NCBI RefSeq assembly: GCF_964194025.1
Contig: NC_134470.1
Span: forward strand, 65,906,001-65,970,000
Source: Convolutriloba macropyga
Taxonomy: Eukaryota
Direction: 5' to 3'
DNA length: 64,000 bases
Below are positions 1 through 12,564 of this stretch, piece by piece; within the stretch, counting starts at the first letter, position 1, and every line of letters begins with the position of its first letter. The position numbers and the translations under genes are program-made. A model generated the notes under the pieces. The model saw only the letters and a list, made by a program, of their open reading frames with translations, did not search any database and was not told the origin of the DNA.

Positions 1-308
1 CTTTACAAGAATTGTATTAGTAGAATCTGCAAGTGCGCAAAATACAATTTATCACAAAAAAAGGACAACAAAGTTTTATATTCTTCAAACCTCCCCATCA
101 CGTTGTCATCCAAATGATTGATCAGCACCTCAATTTCTGGCTCTCAAGCTCTTCCTGCATGGAGGGAAAAATATTTGTCCTGAAAGTATGTTGTCGAATG
201 GTTATTTAAGATTGACTCCTGGAAAGCATGTCTATTCTCAAATTTCGATGTCTAGGAGTGTTTTTCGTAATTGAAAAGATTTTTCTGTGTGCATTTTGTG
301 TTTTGCAG

Positions 309-578
309 ACGATATTCAAGTCCCTGACGGTTATTATATCAATGATTGCGAGTCATTCAAAAAAATTTTCTTTCATGATTCTGTCAAGTTCGGCGAATGG
401 GAATTTTTTGAGGCGAGGTGGGAATTTTTCTCCACCTCTCAAGGCAGGCTTGACATGACCAGGAAATCTACGTTTCACTTAGATTGCGCACAGAAACACG
501 CTAGAGCTGCTGTTTTGCGCTGTTCTGTGTCATTTCCGGAGAAACTTTGCTTCGTTTACAGCCCAAAAAAGAAAGAGG
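309..578 (+). other. Possible internal exon of an unidentified gene or element
   Basis: Polypyrimidine/ttttgcAG acceptor ending at 308, an open frame (DDIQVPDGYYINDCESFKKIFFHD...KKKE) and a possible GT donor at ~579. No recognisable domain. Confidence 0.2.
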
Positions 579-2164
579 GTAATAATCAGTATTTCATGAA
601 TATCTAAAGTACCTAACCAAATTAATTGGAGTTGGACGCATTTTTTTATACTGAACTACTCCTGCTTTCCTCTGCCGTTGCCTGAACCATTCTGGTAAAA
701 ATAATTAGTTAAGTTCAAAATTGGAAAAAAATAGATAGTTTTGGGCTCGTTAGGTCATCCAGAACTGGTACCCCAGAATACCTAATTTAGGCTACATATA
801 TAGGTTCGTTAGATTCCTCAGTTAGTTGAGAGTCTCCTATATACATTTAGAGGCAGTTTTATGTAGTTCAGATGCCGAATGTTAGCGAAACGTGACCCGT
901 ACCAAATGATCTCATTGTTTCATTCAATTCATCTTGAGCCGTAGTTTCATTCCTTTAAAAGCCGTTTTGTTTCAGCCGTTTTCAAGATATTTGCCAAGAA
1001 ACGCGACCAAATTTTTACATTCGTATTTGGTGCGTTTGGTTTTTCTACAAGTCTAACAAAACAGACGGATTTAGCCTCTAGAACTAGTTCCTCGATAATG
1101 GGGATTTCCCCATCTATGTTTTATAGGTCGTTTTCTGTAGTTTATATGGTCAATATTGGCTCTGTAAGTCACCTCTCGTATCTGACGAGATTGGTACGGT
1201 ACCTTAACTATCTAACATCTCTTAGAATGGACCGATTTGGATGATTTTTTGCCAAAGCGTATCAAAAGACAAACTTTGCTCCAGGTTTGGTTTTGTTTCG
1301 TTCAGCCAGTTGTGAAACATTGACAATTAAAGAAACCCCCAGTTTGACCTGCTGAAACAGGAGAACCGACATCTGCAACCTGCTACGGACCCGTAGATCT
1401 TACTGTTACCGTTGTTTCAGCAACTGGAAAGACTCAGTGTAAGCTAGTGATATTCCAAACAACATTTCGTTGTCTCAATTTGTTGAAGATGTATTAGACG
1501 TTTGGACATTTTAGTTCGTTCACGTCCTTTTTTGCGGCAATTAGCACCAACAACTCAATCGTTAACTCTTCCTGGAGGATTTTTTTTGTTTATTGAGTTA
1601 TATGCTCAGAGTGCGCACTATGCGTGCCTTCTCCGACCTAATAAAACCTAAAGAAGTACTCCTCAGAGGTTGTAAACTTGTCTCCAAGCTTGGGAAACGT
1701 CCCACTTTTTGATCGGACTTGGTCGGTTTTCACTATTAACTCAGGGTAGAAAAATATTTTCATTTTGTGGTACTGACAGCCTAGTTCAAGACAGCTCATG
1801 TATACAAGTCATATAGTGTTGTTTTCAAAAAACTTTTGAAATTGTCCGTGGGTCTTGCTTGTTGTCTTTTATGTATTATAACAAAGCGTTTTCTCAGAGT
1901 TGGTTTGCTTTGCTTCTTTCTGCTGCCGTCTCCTGTCAGGTGAGTTCTTTCCGCTTTATTGTTTGCTAGCTTGGCCAGCTTGCTTTCGGTCTGGTTTGCT
2001 CTAAACGACAGAGCAGCAGTTTTCGGATTGGTTTTTGGAACAAACCCAAAAGAACGCTTAAGCCGCAAATCCATGAAGCACACTTGCAGGATAAGTTTTT
2101 AATCCAAAGAGGGAACAAACCGCAAATTGGTGTGTTCACGTATCAGTTTTTGAAAAACATTGCC

Positions 2165-2655
2165 ATAGATGCTTTGCTAATCGGGGATTCCATCGTTGGC
2201 GGAATTGTAGCAGATGGAATGAAAACCATAGCAGTCCCAGGGGATAAAAAGGAAAACCTAACAAAAGTTATTACTGTTGAGGAACTGACTCAATTCCGTT
2301 ATTTTATTTTTGGCGAAGGAAACAACCTACAAGCCAGATCGCGCATACTCTCTGACATTGCTGAAGAGCCAGTTGCTTTATTTGCCAAACTGCAGCTACT
2401 TCTGTCAAAAGTCAGAGAGCTGCCTAATTTTCGAGTACTTGCAGTAATGAGTTTGAATCAAGTAGCCCCAGAGCCAAACATCAGAGGCCTATAGACGGCA
2501 AAATTCCTTGCCAGCGTACTTATCGGTATAATAACAGTCTTTGAAACAACCCTTAAACTCATATTCATGACCGTTTTGCAGACGACAATTTGACAGCGAC
2601 GGGATCCATTTGAGCATACGAGTGCAACAAAATTTAGCTTGTGCCATTAGAAAAA
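2165..2655 (+). pseudogene. Frameshifted SGNH/GDSL-hydrolase (retroelement ORF1 esterase-like) ORF, array copy 1 (A type)
   Basis: Block I LLIGDSIV, block II-like PG, block III-like FGEGNNL, and block V FDSDGIHLS in a shifted frame. Confidence 0.75.
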
Positions 2656-3724
2656 CAACCCTAAACCTCAAAAATTCACTATCGTATTGCAGACGATACT
2701 TTGACAACGACAGTGATACATTTGAGCAAACAAGTGAAACAAATTTTAGCTTGTGCTGTTAAAAAAGGTCAAATTGATTTTTTTAAATTCAATGCAAATC
2801 AAGAAAAACGAAACAATTTCCCATTCGTTTGACTTCTTTGATTTGCTTCTAATTTCAAAAAAAATTATGCATGATAGACACATAGCTAAATTCGTATATT
2901 TGGCAACAAATCAAACTGGACTGTCAAAGTGTATTCATTTAGTTTGAATAAGAGAGATTTTTATGCGTGTGAATTTATTGATTTAGAGAAACAATACAAA
3001 TTAAAAAATGTTGCTGTAATTTTGAAGTGCAAAAAAGTGTTAGCATTTCACCACTATTTTCAAGAAGGGTCATGTAGGAATCTCATAAACGAGTTGCACG
3101 TTTTTTGAGAGAATCTCATTATTGTAGCTAGGTATTGGGATTATGCCTTTCCCAGTTTTGAGCTGCAATTGTTGTTTTTCGAAGTTTTTCAGAGCGCCGT
3201 GAATTTTTTCCTGGCTCATGGGATTTTTGAAAACGATATTGTTGCTCAATTTCTTGCTACTGTTTGTTAAATCAGTTTTTTGACGCGTCAGATTTGAAAA
3301 TCCATCTACATTGATGAGGGTAAGTTTTATTGCTTAAACCAAATTTTTGCTGAAAAATTGATTGATGCTATAGAGGGTTTGCAATTTTTCTTTAAAAAAT
3401 GGTTATCTAAGAACCTCATGAATGAGTGGGGCAAAGATCTTTGGTTTTGGTCGTTTTACAGAAAATTCCGTACTTTTCTATTCTGGTCATGGCGATTTTA
3501 AGTAACAGCAGTTATGATCTAGAATCAACAGAGTCATTTATCAACCAGAAAACGTTCAAAACCAAAAATCCTTCAAAAGCGTCGCAACTGAGAAATATGT
3601 CCAAATCAGACAAATGCTTACGATTTATGTCTGAAAGAGATTAGCTGTAAACTGGAGTTCGAAAAAACAAAAGGTTTGCGGTCTAAGTAGATCAAAGAAA
3701 AACTGCGCCGCTTCACACATTAAA

Positions 3725-4071
3725 CTGTCAGTACCACTAACACCTGTGACTATATCCTTAAAAACAAGCCCACAGTTTTTAAGAATAAAAGTATATTTGA
3801 TTTGCGGATCTTTTTTGTGGCATTTAGTACCATCAATTCAATCGTTAATAACTCTGCCTGCAGGAATTTTTGTTTATTGAGTTACAAACTAAGAGTGCGC
3901 ATTATGCGTGCTTTCTTCTGACCTTTATAAAACCTCAAGAAGTACTCCCCAGAGATTTTAAATTTGTACACAAGCACGGGAAACGTCCCAATTTTTGACC
4001 GGACTTGGTCGGTTTTCGCTAATAACTCTGGGTAGAGGGAATATTTTCATTTTCTCTAGTGATACTGACAG
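3725..4071. mobile_element. MITE-like element inside the array unit (copies also at 7151, 10209, 13507; diverged right end at 1767-1779)
   Basis: 15-bp terminal inverted repeat ctgtcagtaccacta (3725-3739) / tagtgatactgacag (4057-4071) with 1 mismatch. Non-coding interior of ~350 bp. Confidence 0.55.
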
Positions 4072-5590
4072 CCTAGTTCAAAACAGCTCTGATGGTATGC
4101 ACGTCATATAGTGTTGTTTCCAAAAAGTTATATAAATGGTCCGTGGATCTTGCGTGTTGTCTTTGATGTTCTTTCATGTATTAAAACAAAGCTTTTTCCA
4201 GAGTTTGTTTGCTTTGCTTCTTTCTGCTGCCGTCTGCTCTCAGGAGAGTTCTTTCCGCTCTAATGCTTGCTAGCTTGGCCAGCTGTCGCTGGCTTTCGGT
4301 CTGGCTGGCTTTAAACCGCAGAGCTGCAGTTTTTGGATTCGTTTTTTGGATCATGTTCCCACATAGTGGGTATGTGTTCTTGCAAAGCAAGAATGTTCAT
4401 CGAAGCTTTGCTCTCATCTTAGATTTTTAATCTTGCACTTTTTTGTTCGCTTCCACTTTCTTTTTGGTCTCGATTGCTGTGAACCGCACCGCTTCGTTTT
4501 TCAGAGCGGTCTTCATTGCTTGCTAGCTTGGCCAGCTGTCGCTTGCTTTCGGTCTGGTTTGCCCTAAACCTCAGAGCTGCAGTTTTTGGATTCGTTTTTT
4601 GGAACATGTTCCCACATAGTGGGTATGTGTTCTTGCGAAGCAAAAATGTTCATTAAAGCCTTGCTCTCATCTTGGATTTTCAGTCTTTCGCTTTTTTGTT
4701 CGCTTACTTTTTCTTTTTGGTCTTATTTTCTCTGAACCAGACAGCTTCGGTTTTCAGAGCGGTCTTTTGGTCCGAATTCTTACGTCGACAAAGTCGCGGG
4801 GGGGAAGGAACAATAGAACCGAGATTTGTACGGTTTGGTCAAGAAGTTAAGCAATGGATACTAAAATTTAGAGATCGCAGAGTTTGGGGAAAGGGGCTTT
4901 GAGGCGAAACGTTTTTCAAGCTTACTTAGAGGCCAAAAATAGCTTCACAAGTTGGTCACACTTATCTTAATATGATGTATTTCTAATGATCTAGAACAAA
5001 GTTTTTAACAGTTATTCTGTTTCCCTTTTGGTCGGCTTTTTGATCTTTTTGAAACTGCGGACTGTTGCTTGAAAAACATATGCAAAAAAAATTTTCAAAA
5101 AATCAATCAGATCAAGTAGTTATTCGATAGTATTTGATTTTTCAGATTTCTCTTCTGCATCAAATTCAAGACGTTTGTTTACTTCAATGGAGTCAAGATT
5201 CAACACTGACAAGAAAGCAGACCGCACTGCATGCAGGTTTCTTTACTTTTTCTCTGCAAACTTACTAATTTTTTGGATAAAGTTTTGGCCACAACTTGAG
5301 TTTTAGCTTTATTTAAGACTGAAAACCGTAAACTTCGATTCAGTGGTTTAATGAACCGCTCTTGAACGGCAAATTTAGCAATGTTGAGAGCAAAAAAGCT
5401 CATGAAGAGTTTAGAGTCAAAGTGAGAAACAGTTAAAAGAGTGCACAAATTTCTTTTTTAGAATCGCAAATCCAAAAGACCACTTAAGCCACAAATCCAT
5501 GAAGCAAACTTGAGGGACAATTTTTTAATCCAAGGAGAGAACAAACCGCAAGTTGGTGTGTTCACGCATCAGTTTGAGATCAATATTGTC

Positions 5591-6081
5591 ATAGATACTT
5601 CGCTAATCGGGGATTCCATCGTTGATGGAATTGTAGCTGATGGAATGAAAACCATAGCAGTCCCAGGGGATAAAAAGGAAAACCTAACAAAAGTTATTAC
5701 TGTTGAGGAACTGACTCAATTCCGTTATTTTATTTTTGGCGAAGGAAACAACCTACAAGCCAGATCGCGCATACTCTCTGACATTGCTGAAGAGCCAGTT
5801 GCTTTATTTGCCAAACTGCAGCTACTTCTGTCAAAAGTCAGAGAGCTGCCTAATTTTCGAGTACTTGCAGTAATGAGTTTGAATCAAGTAGCCCCAGAGC
5901 CAAACATCAGAGGCCTATAGACGGCAAAATTCCTTGCCAGCGTACTTATCGGTATAATAACAGTCTTTGAAACAACCCTTAAACTCATATTCATGACCGT
6001 TTTGCAGACGACAATTTGACAGCGACGGGATCCATTTGAGCATACGAGTGCAACAAAATTTAGCTTGTGCCATTAGAAAAA
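5591..6081 (+). pseudogene. SGNH esterase relic, array copy 2 (B/A chimera)
   Basis: Same motifs. The 5' part matches copy 5 and the 3' part matches copy 1. Confidence 0.75.
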
Positions 6082-8648
6082 CAACCCTAAACCTCAAAAA
6101 TTCACTATCGTATTGCAGACGATACTTTGACAACGACAGTGATACATTTGAGCAAACAAGTGAAACAAATTTTAGCTTGTGCTGTTAAAAAAGGTCAAAT
6201 TGATTTTTTTAAATTCAATGCAAATCAAGAAAAACGAAACAATTTCCCATTCGTTTGACTTCTTTGATCTGCTTCTAATTTCAAAAAAAATTATGCATGA
6301 TAGACACATAGCTAAATTCGTATATTTGGCAACAAATCAAACTGGACTGTCAAAGTGTATTCATTTAGTTTGAATAAGAGAGATTTTTATGCGTGTGAAT
6401 TTACTGATTTAGAGAAACAATACAAATTAAAAAAAGTTGCTGTAATTTTGAAGTGCAAAAAAGTGTTAGCATTTCACCACTATTTTCAAGAAGGGTCATG
6501 TAGGAATCTCATAAACGAGTTGCACGTTTTTTGAGAGAAACTCATTATTGTAGCTAGGTATTGGGATTATGCCTTTCCCAGTTTTGAGCTGCAATTGTTG
6601 TTTTTCGAAGTTTTTCAGAGCGCCGTGAATTTTTTCCTGGCTCATGGGATTTTTGAAAACGATATTGTTGCTCAATTTCTTGCTACTGTTTGTTAAATCA
6701 GTTTTTTGACGCGTCAGATTTGAAAATCCATCTACATTGATGAGGGTAAGTTTTATTGCTTAAACCAAATTTTTGCTGAAAAATTGATTGATGCTATAGA
6801 GGGTTTGCAATTTTTCTTTAAAAAATGGTTATCTAAGAACCTCATGAATGAGTGGGGCAAAGATCTTTGGTTTTGGTCGTTTTACAGAAAATTCCGTACT
6901 TTTCTATTCTGGTCATGGCGATTTTAAGTAACAGCAGTTATGATCTAGAATCAACAGAGTCATTTATCAACCAGAAAACGTTCAAAACCAAAAATCCTTC
7001 AAAAGCGTCGCAACTGAGAAATATGTCCAAATCAGACAAATGCTTACGATTTATGTCTGAAAGAGATTAGCTGTAAACTGGAGTTCGAAAAAACAAAAGG
7101 TTTGCGGTCTAAGTAGATCAAAGAAAAACTGCGCCGCTTCACACATTAAACTGTCAGTACCACTAACACCTGTGACTATATCCTTAAAAACAAGCCCACA
7201 GTTTTTAAGAATAAAAGTATATTTGATTTGCGGATCTTTTTTGTGGCATTTAGTACCATCAATTCAATCGTTAATAACTCTGCCTGCAGGAATTTTTGTT
7301 TATTGAGTTACAAACTAAGAGTGCGCATTATGCGTGCTTTCTTCTGACCTTTATAAAACCTCAAGAAGTACTCCCCAGAGATTTTAAATTTGTACACAAG
7401 CACGGGAAACGTCCCAATTTTTGACCGGACTTGGTCGGTTTTCGCTAATAACTCTGGGTAGAGGGAATATTTTCATTTTCTCTAGTGATACTGACAGCCT
7501 AGTTCAAAACAGCTCTGATGGTATGCACGTCATATAGTGTTGTTTCCAAAAAGTAATATAAATGGTCCGTGGATCTTGCGTGTTGTCTTTGATGTTCTTT
7601 CAAGTATTAAAACAAAGCTTTTTCCAGAGTTTGTTTGCTTTGCTTCTTTCTGCTGCCGTCTCCTCTCAGGAGAGTTCTTTCCGCTCTAATGCTTGCTAGC
7701 TTGGCCAGCTGTCGCTGGCTTTCGGTCTGGCTGGCTTTAAACCGCAGAGCTGCAGTTTTTGGATTCGTTTTTTGGATCATGTTCCCACATAGTGGGTATG
7801 TGTTCTTGCAAAGCAAGAATGTTCATCGAAGCTTTGCTCTCATCTTAGATTTTTAATCTTGCACTTTTTTGTTCGCTTCCACTTTCTTTTTGGTCTCGAT
7901 TGCTGTGAACCGCACCGCTTCGTTTTTCAGAGCGGTCTTCATTGCTTGCTAGCTTGGCCAGCTGTCGCTTGCTTTCGGTCTGGTTTGCCCTAAACCTCAG
8001 AGCTGCAGTTTTTGGATTCGTTTTTTGGAACATGTTCCCACATAGTGGGTATGTGTTCTTGCGAAGCAAAAATGTTCATTAAAGCCTTGCTCTCATCTTG
8101 GATTTTCAGTCTTTCGCTTTTTTGTTCGCTTACTTTTTCTTTTTGGTCTTATTTTCTCTGAACCAGACAGCTTCGGTTTTCAGAGCGGTCTTTTGGTCCG
8201 AATTCTTACGTCGACAAAGTCGCGGGGGGGAAGGAACAATAGAACCGAGATTTGTACGGTTTGGTCAAGAAGTTAAGCAATGGATACTAAAATTTAGAGA
8301 TCGCAGAGTTTGGGGAAAGGGGCTTTGAGGCGAAACGTTTTTCAAGCTTACTTAGAGGCCAAAAATAGCTTCACAAGTTGGTCACACTTATCTTAATATG
8401 ATGTATTTCTAATGATCTGTCAGGTGAGTTCTTTCCGCTTTATTGTTTGCTAGCTTGGCCAGCTTGCTTTCGGTCTGGTTTGCTCTAAACGACAGAGCAG
8501 CAGTTTTCGGGTTGGTTTTTGGAACAAACCCAAAAGAACGCTTAAGCCGCAAATCCATGAAGCACACTTGCGGGATAAGTTTTTAATCCAAAGAGAGAAC
8601 AAACCGCAAATTGGTGTGTTCACGTATCAGTTTTTGAAAAACATTGCC

Positions 8649-9139
8649 ATAGATGCTTTGCTAATCGGGGATTCCATCGTTGGCGGAATTGTAGCAGATG
8701 GAATGAAAACCATAGCAGTCCCAGGGGATAAAAAGGAAAACCTAACAAAAGTTATTACTGTTGAGGAACTGACTCAATTCCGTTATTTTATTTTTGGCGA
8801 AGGAAACAACCTACAAGCCAGATCGCGCATACTCTCTGACATTGCTGAAGAGCCAGTTGCTTTATTTGCCAAACTGCAGCTACTTCTGTCAAAAGTCAGA
8901 GAGCTGCCTAATTTTCGAGTACTTGCAGTAATGAGTTTGAATTAAGTAGCCCCAGAGCCAAACATCAGAGGCCTATAGACGGCAAAATTCCTTGCCAGCG
9001 TACTTATCGGTATAATAACAGTCTTTGAAACAACCCTTAAACTCATATTCATGACGGTTTTGCAGACGACAATTTGACAGCGACGGGATCCATTTGAGCA
9101 TACGAGTGCAACAAAATTTAGCTTGTGCCATTAGAAAAA
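8649..9139 (+). pseudogene. SGNH esterase relic, array copy 3 (A type)
   Basis: Copy 1 shifted by 6484 bp, with an extra premature stop (TAA) after AVMSLN. Confidence 0.75.
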
Positions 9140-12074
9140 CAACCCTAAACCTCAAAAATTCACTATCGTATTGCAGACGATACTTTGACAACGACAGTGA
9201 TACATTTGAGCAAACAAGTGAAACAAATTTTAGCTTGTGCTGTTAAAAAAGGTCAAATTGATTTTTTTAAATTCAATGCAAATCAAGAAAAACGAAACAA
9301 TTTCCCATTCGTTTGACTTCTTTGATTTGCTTCTAATTTCAAAAAAAATTATGCATGATAGACACATAGCTAAATTCGTATATTTGGCAACAAATCAAAC
9401 TGGACTGTCAAAGTGTATTCATTTAGTTTGAATAAGAGAGATTTTTATGCGTGTGAATTTATTGATTTAGAGAAACAATACAAATTAAAAAATGCTGCTG
9501 TAATTTTGAAGTGCAAAAAAGTGTTAGCATTTCACCACTATTTTCAAGAAGGGTCATGTAGGAATCTCATAAACGAGTTGCACGTTTTTTGAGAGAATCT
9601 CATTATTGTAGCTAGGTATTGGGATTATGCCTTTCCCAGTTTTGAGCTGCAATTGTTGTTTTTCGAAGTTTTTCAGAGCGCCGTGAATTTTTTCCTGGCT
9701 CATGGGATTTTTGAAAACGATATTGTTGCTCAATTTCTTGCTACTGTTTGTTAAATCAGTTTTTTGACGCGTCAGATTTGAAAATCCATCTACATTGATG
9801 AGGGTAAGTTTTATTGCTTAAACCAAATTTTTGCTGAAAAATTGATTGATGCTATAGAGGGTTTGCAATTTTTCTTTAAAAAATGGTTATCTAAGAACCT
9901 CATGAATGAGTGGGGCAAAGATCTTTGGTATTGGTCGTTTTACAGAAAATTCCGTACTTTTCTATTCTGGTCATGGCGATTTTAAGTAACAGCAGTTATG
10001 ATCTAGAATCAACAGAGTCATTTATCAACCAGAAAACGTTCAAAACCAAAAATCCTTCAAAAGCGTCGCAACTGAGAAATATGTCCAAATCAGACAAATG
10101 CTTACGATTTATGTCTGAAAGAGATTAGCTGTAAACTGGAGTTCGAAAAAACAAAAGGTTTGCGGTCTAAGTAGATCAAAGAAAAACTGCGCCGCTTCAC
10201 ACATTAAACTGTCAGTACCACTAACACCTGTGACTATATCCTTAAAAACAAGCCCACAGTTTTTAAGAATAAAAGTATATTTGATTTGCGGATCTTTTTT
10301 GTGGCATTTAGTACCATCAATTCAATCGTTAATAACTCTGCCTGCAGGAATTTTTGTTTATTGAGTTACAAACTAAGAGTGCGCATTATGCGTGCTTTCT
10401 TCTGACCTTTATAAAACCTCAAGAAGTACTCCCCAGAGATTTTAAATTTGTACACAAGCACGGGAAACGTCCCAATTTTTGACCGGACTTGGTCGGTTTT
10501 CGCTAATAACTCTGGGTAGAGGGAATATTTTCATTTTCTCTAGTGATACTGACAGCCTAGTTCAAAACAGCTCTGATGGTATGCACGTCATATAGTGTTG
10601 TTTCCAAAAAGTAATATAAATGGTCCGTGGATCTTGCGTGTTGTCTTTGATGTTCTTTCATGTATTAAAACAAAGCTTTTTCCAGAGTTTGTTTGCTTTG
10701 CTTCTTTCTGCTGCCGTCTCCTCTCAGGAGAGTTCTTTCCGCTCTAATGCTTGCTAGCTTGGCCAGCTGTCGCTGGCTTTCGGTCTGGCTGGCTTTAAAC
10801 CGCAGAGCTGCAGTTTTTGGATTCGTTTTTTGGATCATGTTCCCACATAGTGGGTATGTGTTCTTGCAAAGCAAGAATGTTCATCGAAGCTTTGCTCTCA
10901 TCTTAGATTTTTAATCTTGCACTTTTTTGTTCGCTTCCACTTTCTTTTTGGTCTCGATTGCTGTGAACCGCACCGCTTCGTTTTTCAGAGCGGTCTTCAT
11001 TGCTTGCTAGCTTGGCCAGCTGTCGCTTGCTTTCGGTCTGGTTTGCCCTAAACCTCAGAGCTGCAGTTTTTGGATTCGTTTTTTGGAACATGTTCCCACA
11101 TAGTGGGTATGTGTTCTTGCGAAGCAAAAATGTTCATTAAAGCCTTGCTCTCATCTTGGATTTTCAGTCTTTCGCTTTTTTGTTCGCTTACTTTTTCTTT
11201 TTGGTCTTATTTTCTCTGAACCAGACAGCTTCGGTTTTCAGAGCGGTCTTTTGGTCCGAATTCTTACGTCGACAAAGTCGCGGGGGGGAAGGAACAATAG
11301 AACCGAGATTTGTACGGTTTGGTCAAGAAGTTAAGCAATGGATACTAAAATTTAGAGATCGCAGAGTTTGGGGAAAGGGGCTTTGAGGCGAAACGCTTTT
11401 CAAGCTTACTTAGAGGCCAAAAATAGCTTCACAAGTTGGTCACACTTATCTTAATATGATGTATTTCTAATGATCTAGAACAAAGTTTTTAACAGTTATT
11501 CTGTTTCCCTTTTGGTCGGCTTTTTGATCTTTTTGAAACTGCGGACTGTTGCTTGAAAAACATATGCAAAAAAATTTTTCAAAAAATCAATCAGATCAAG
11601 TAGTTATTCGATAGTATTTGATTTTTCAGATTTCTCTTCTGCATCAAATTCAAGACGTTTGTTTACTTCAATGGAGTCAAGATTCAACACTGACAAGAAA
11701 GCAGACCGCACTGCATGCAGGTTTCTTTACTTTTTCTCTGCAAACTTACTAATTTTTTGGATAAAGTTTTGGCCACAACTTGAGTTTTAGCTTTATTTAA
11801 GACTGAAAACCGTAAACTTCGATTCAGTGGTTTAATGAACCGCTCTTGAACGGCAAATTTATCAATGTTGAGAGCAAAAAAGCTCATGAAGAGTTTAGAG
11901 TCAAAGTGAGAAACAGTTAAAAGAGTGCACAAATTTCTTTTTTAGAATCGCAAATCCAAAAGACCACTTAAGCCACAAATCCATGAAGCAAACTTGAGGG
12001 ACAATTTTTTAATCCAAGGAGAGAACAAACCGCAAGTTGGTGTGTTCACGCATCAGTTTGAGATCAATATTGTC

Positions 12075-12564
12075 ATAGATACTTCGCTAATCGGGGATTC
12101 CATCGTTGATGGAATTGTAGCTGATGGAATGAAAACCATAGCAGTCCCAGGGGATAAAAAGGAAAACCTAACAAAAGTTATTACTGTTGAGGAACTGACT
12201 CAATTCCGTTATTTTATTTTTGGCGAAGGAAACAACCTACAAGCCAGATCGCGCATACTCTCTGACATTGCTGAAGAGGCAGTTGCTTTATTTGCCAAAC
12301 TGCAGCTACTTCTGTCAAAAGTCAGAGAGCTGCCTAATTTTCGAGTACTTGCAGTAATGAGTTTGAATAAGTAGCCCCAGAGCCAAACATCAGAGGCCTA
12401 TAGACGGCAAAATTCCTTGCCAGCGCACTTATCGGTATAATAACAGTCTTTGAAACAACCCTTAAACTCATATTCATGACCGTTTTGCAGACGACAATTT
12501 GACAGCGACGGGATCCATTTGAGCATACGAGTGCAACAAAATTTAGCTTGTGCCATTAGAAAAA
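12075..12564 (+). pseudogene. SGNH esterase relic, array copy 4 (B/A chimera)
   Basis: Copy 2 shifted by 6484 bp. Confidence 0.75.

Noticed and set aside
4357-4385. cccac-ata-gtggg hairpin followed by CTTG as a Helitron end driving the array
   Set aside because: The stem is only 5 bp, the terminus is not CTRR, and array junctions do not coincide with it.
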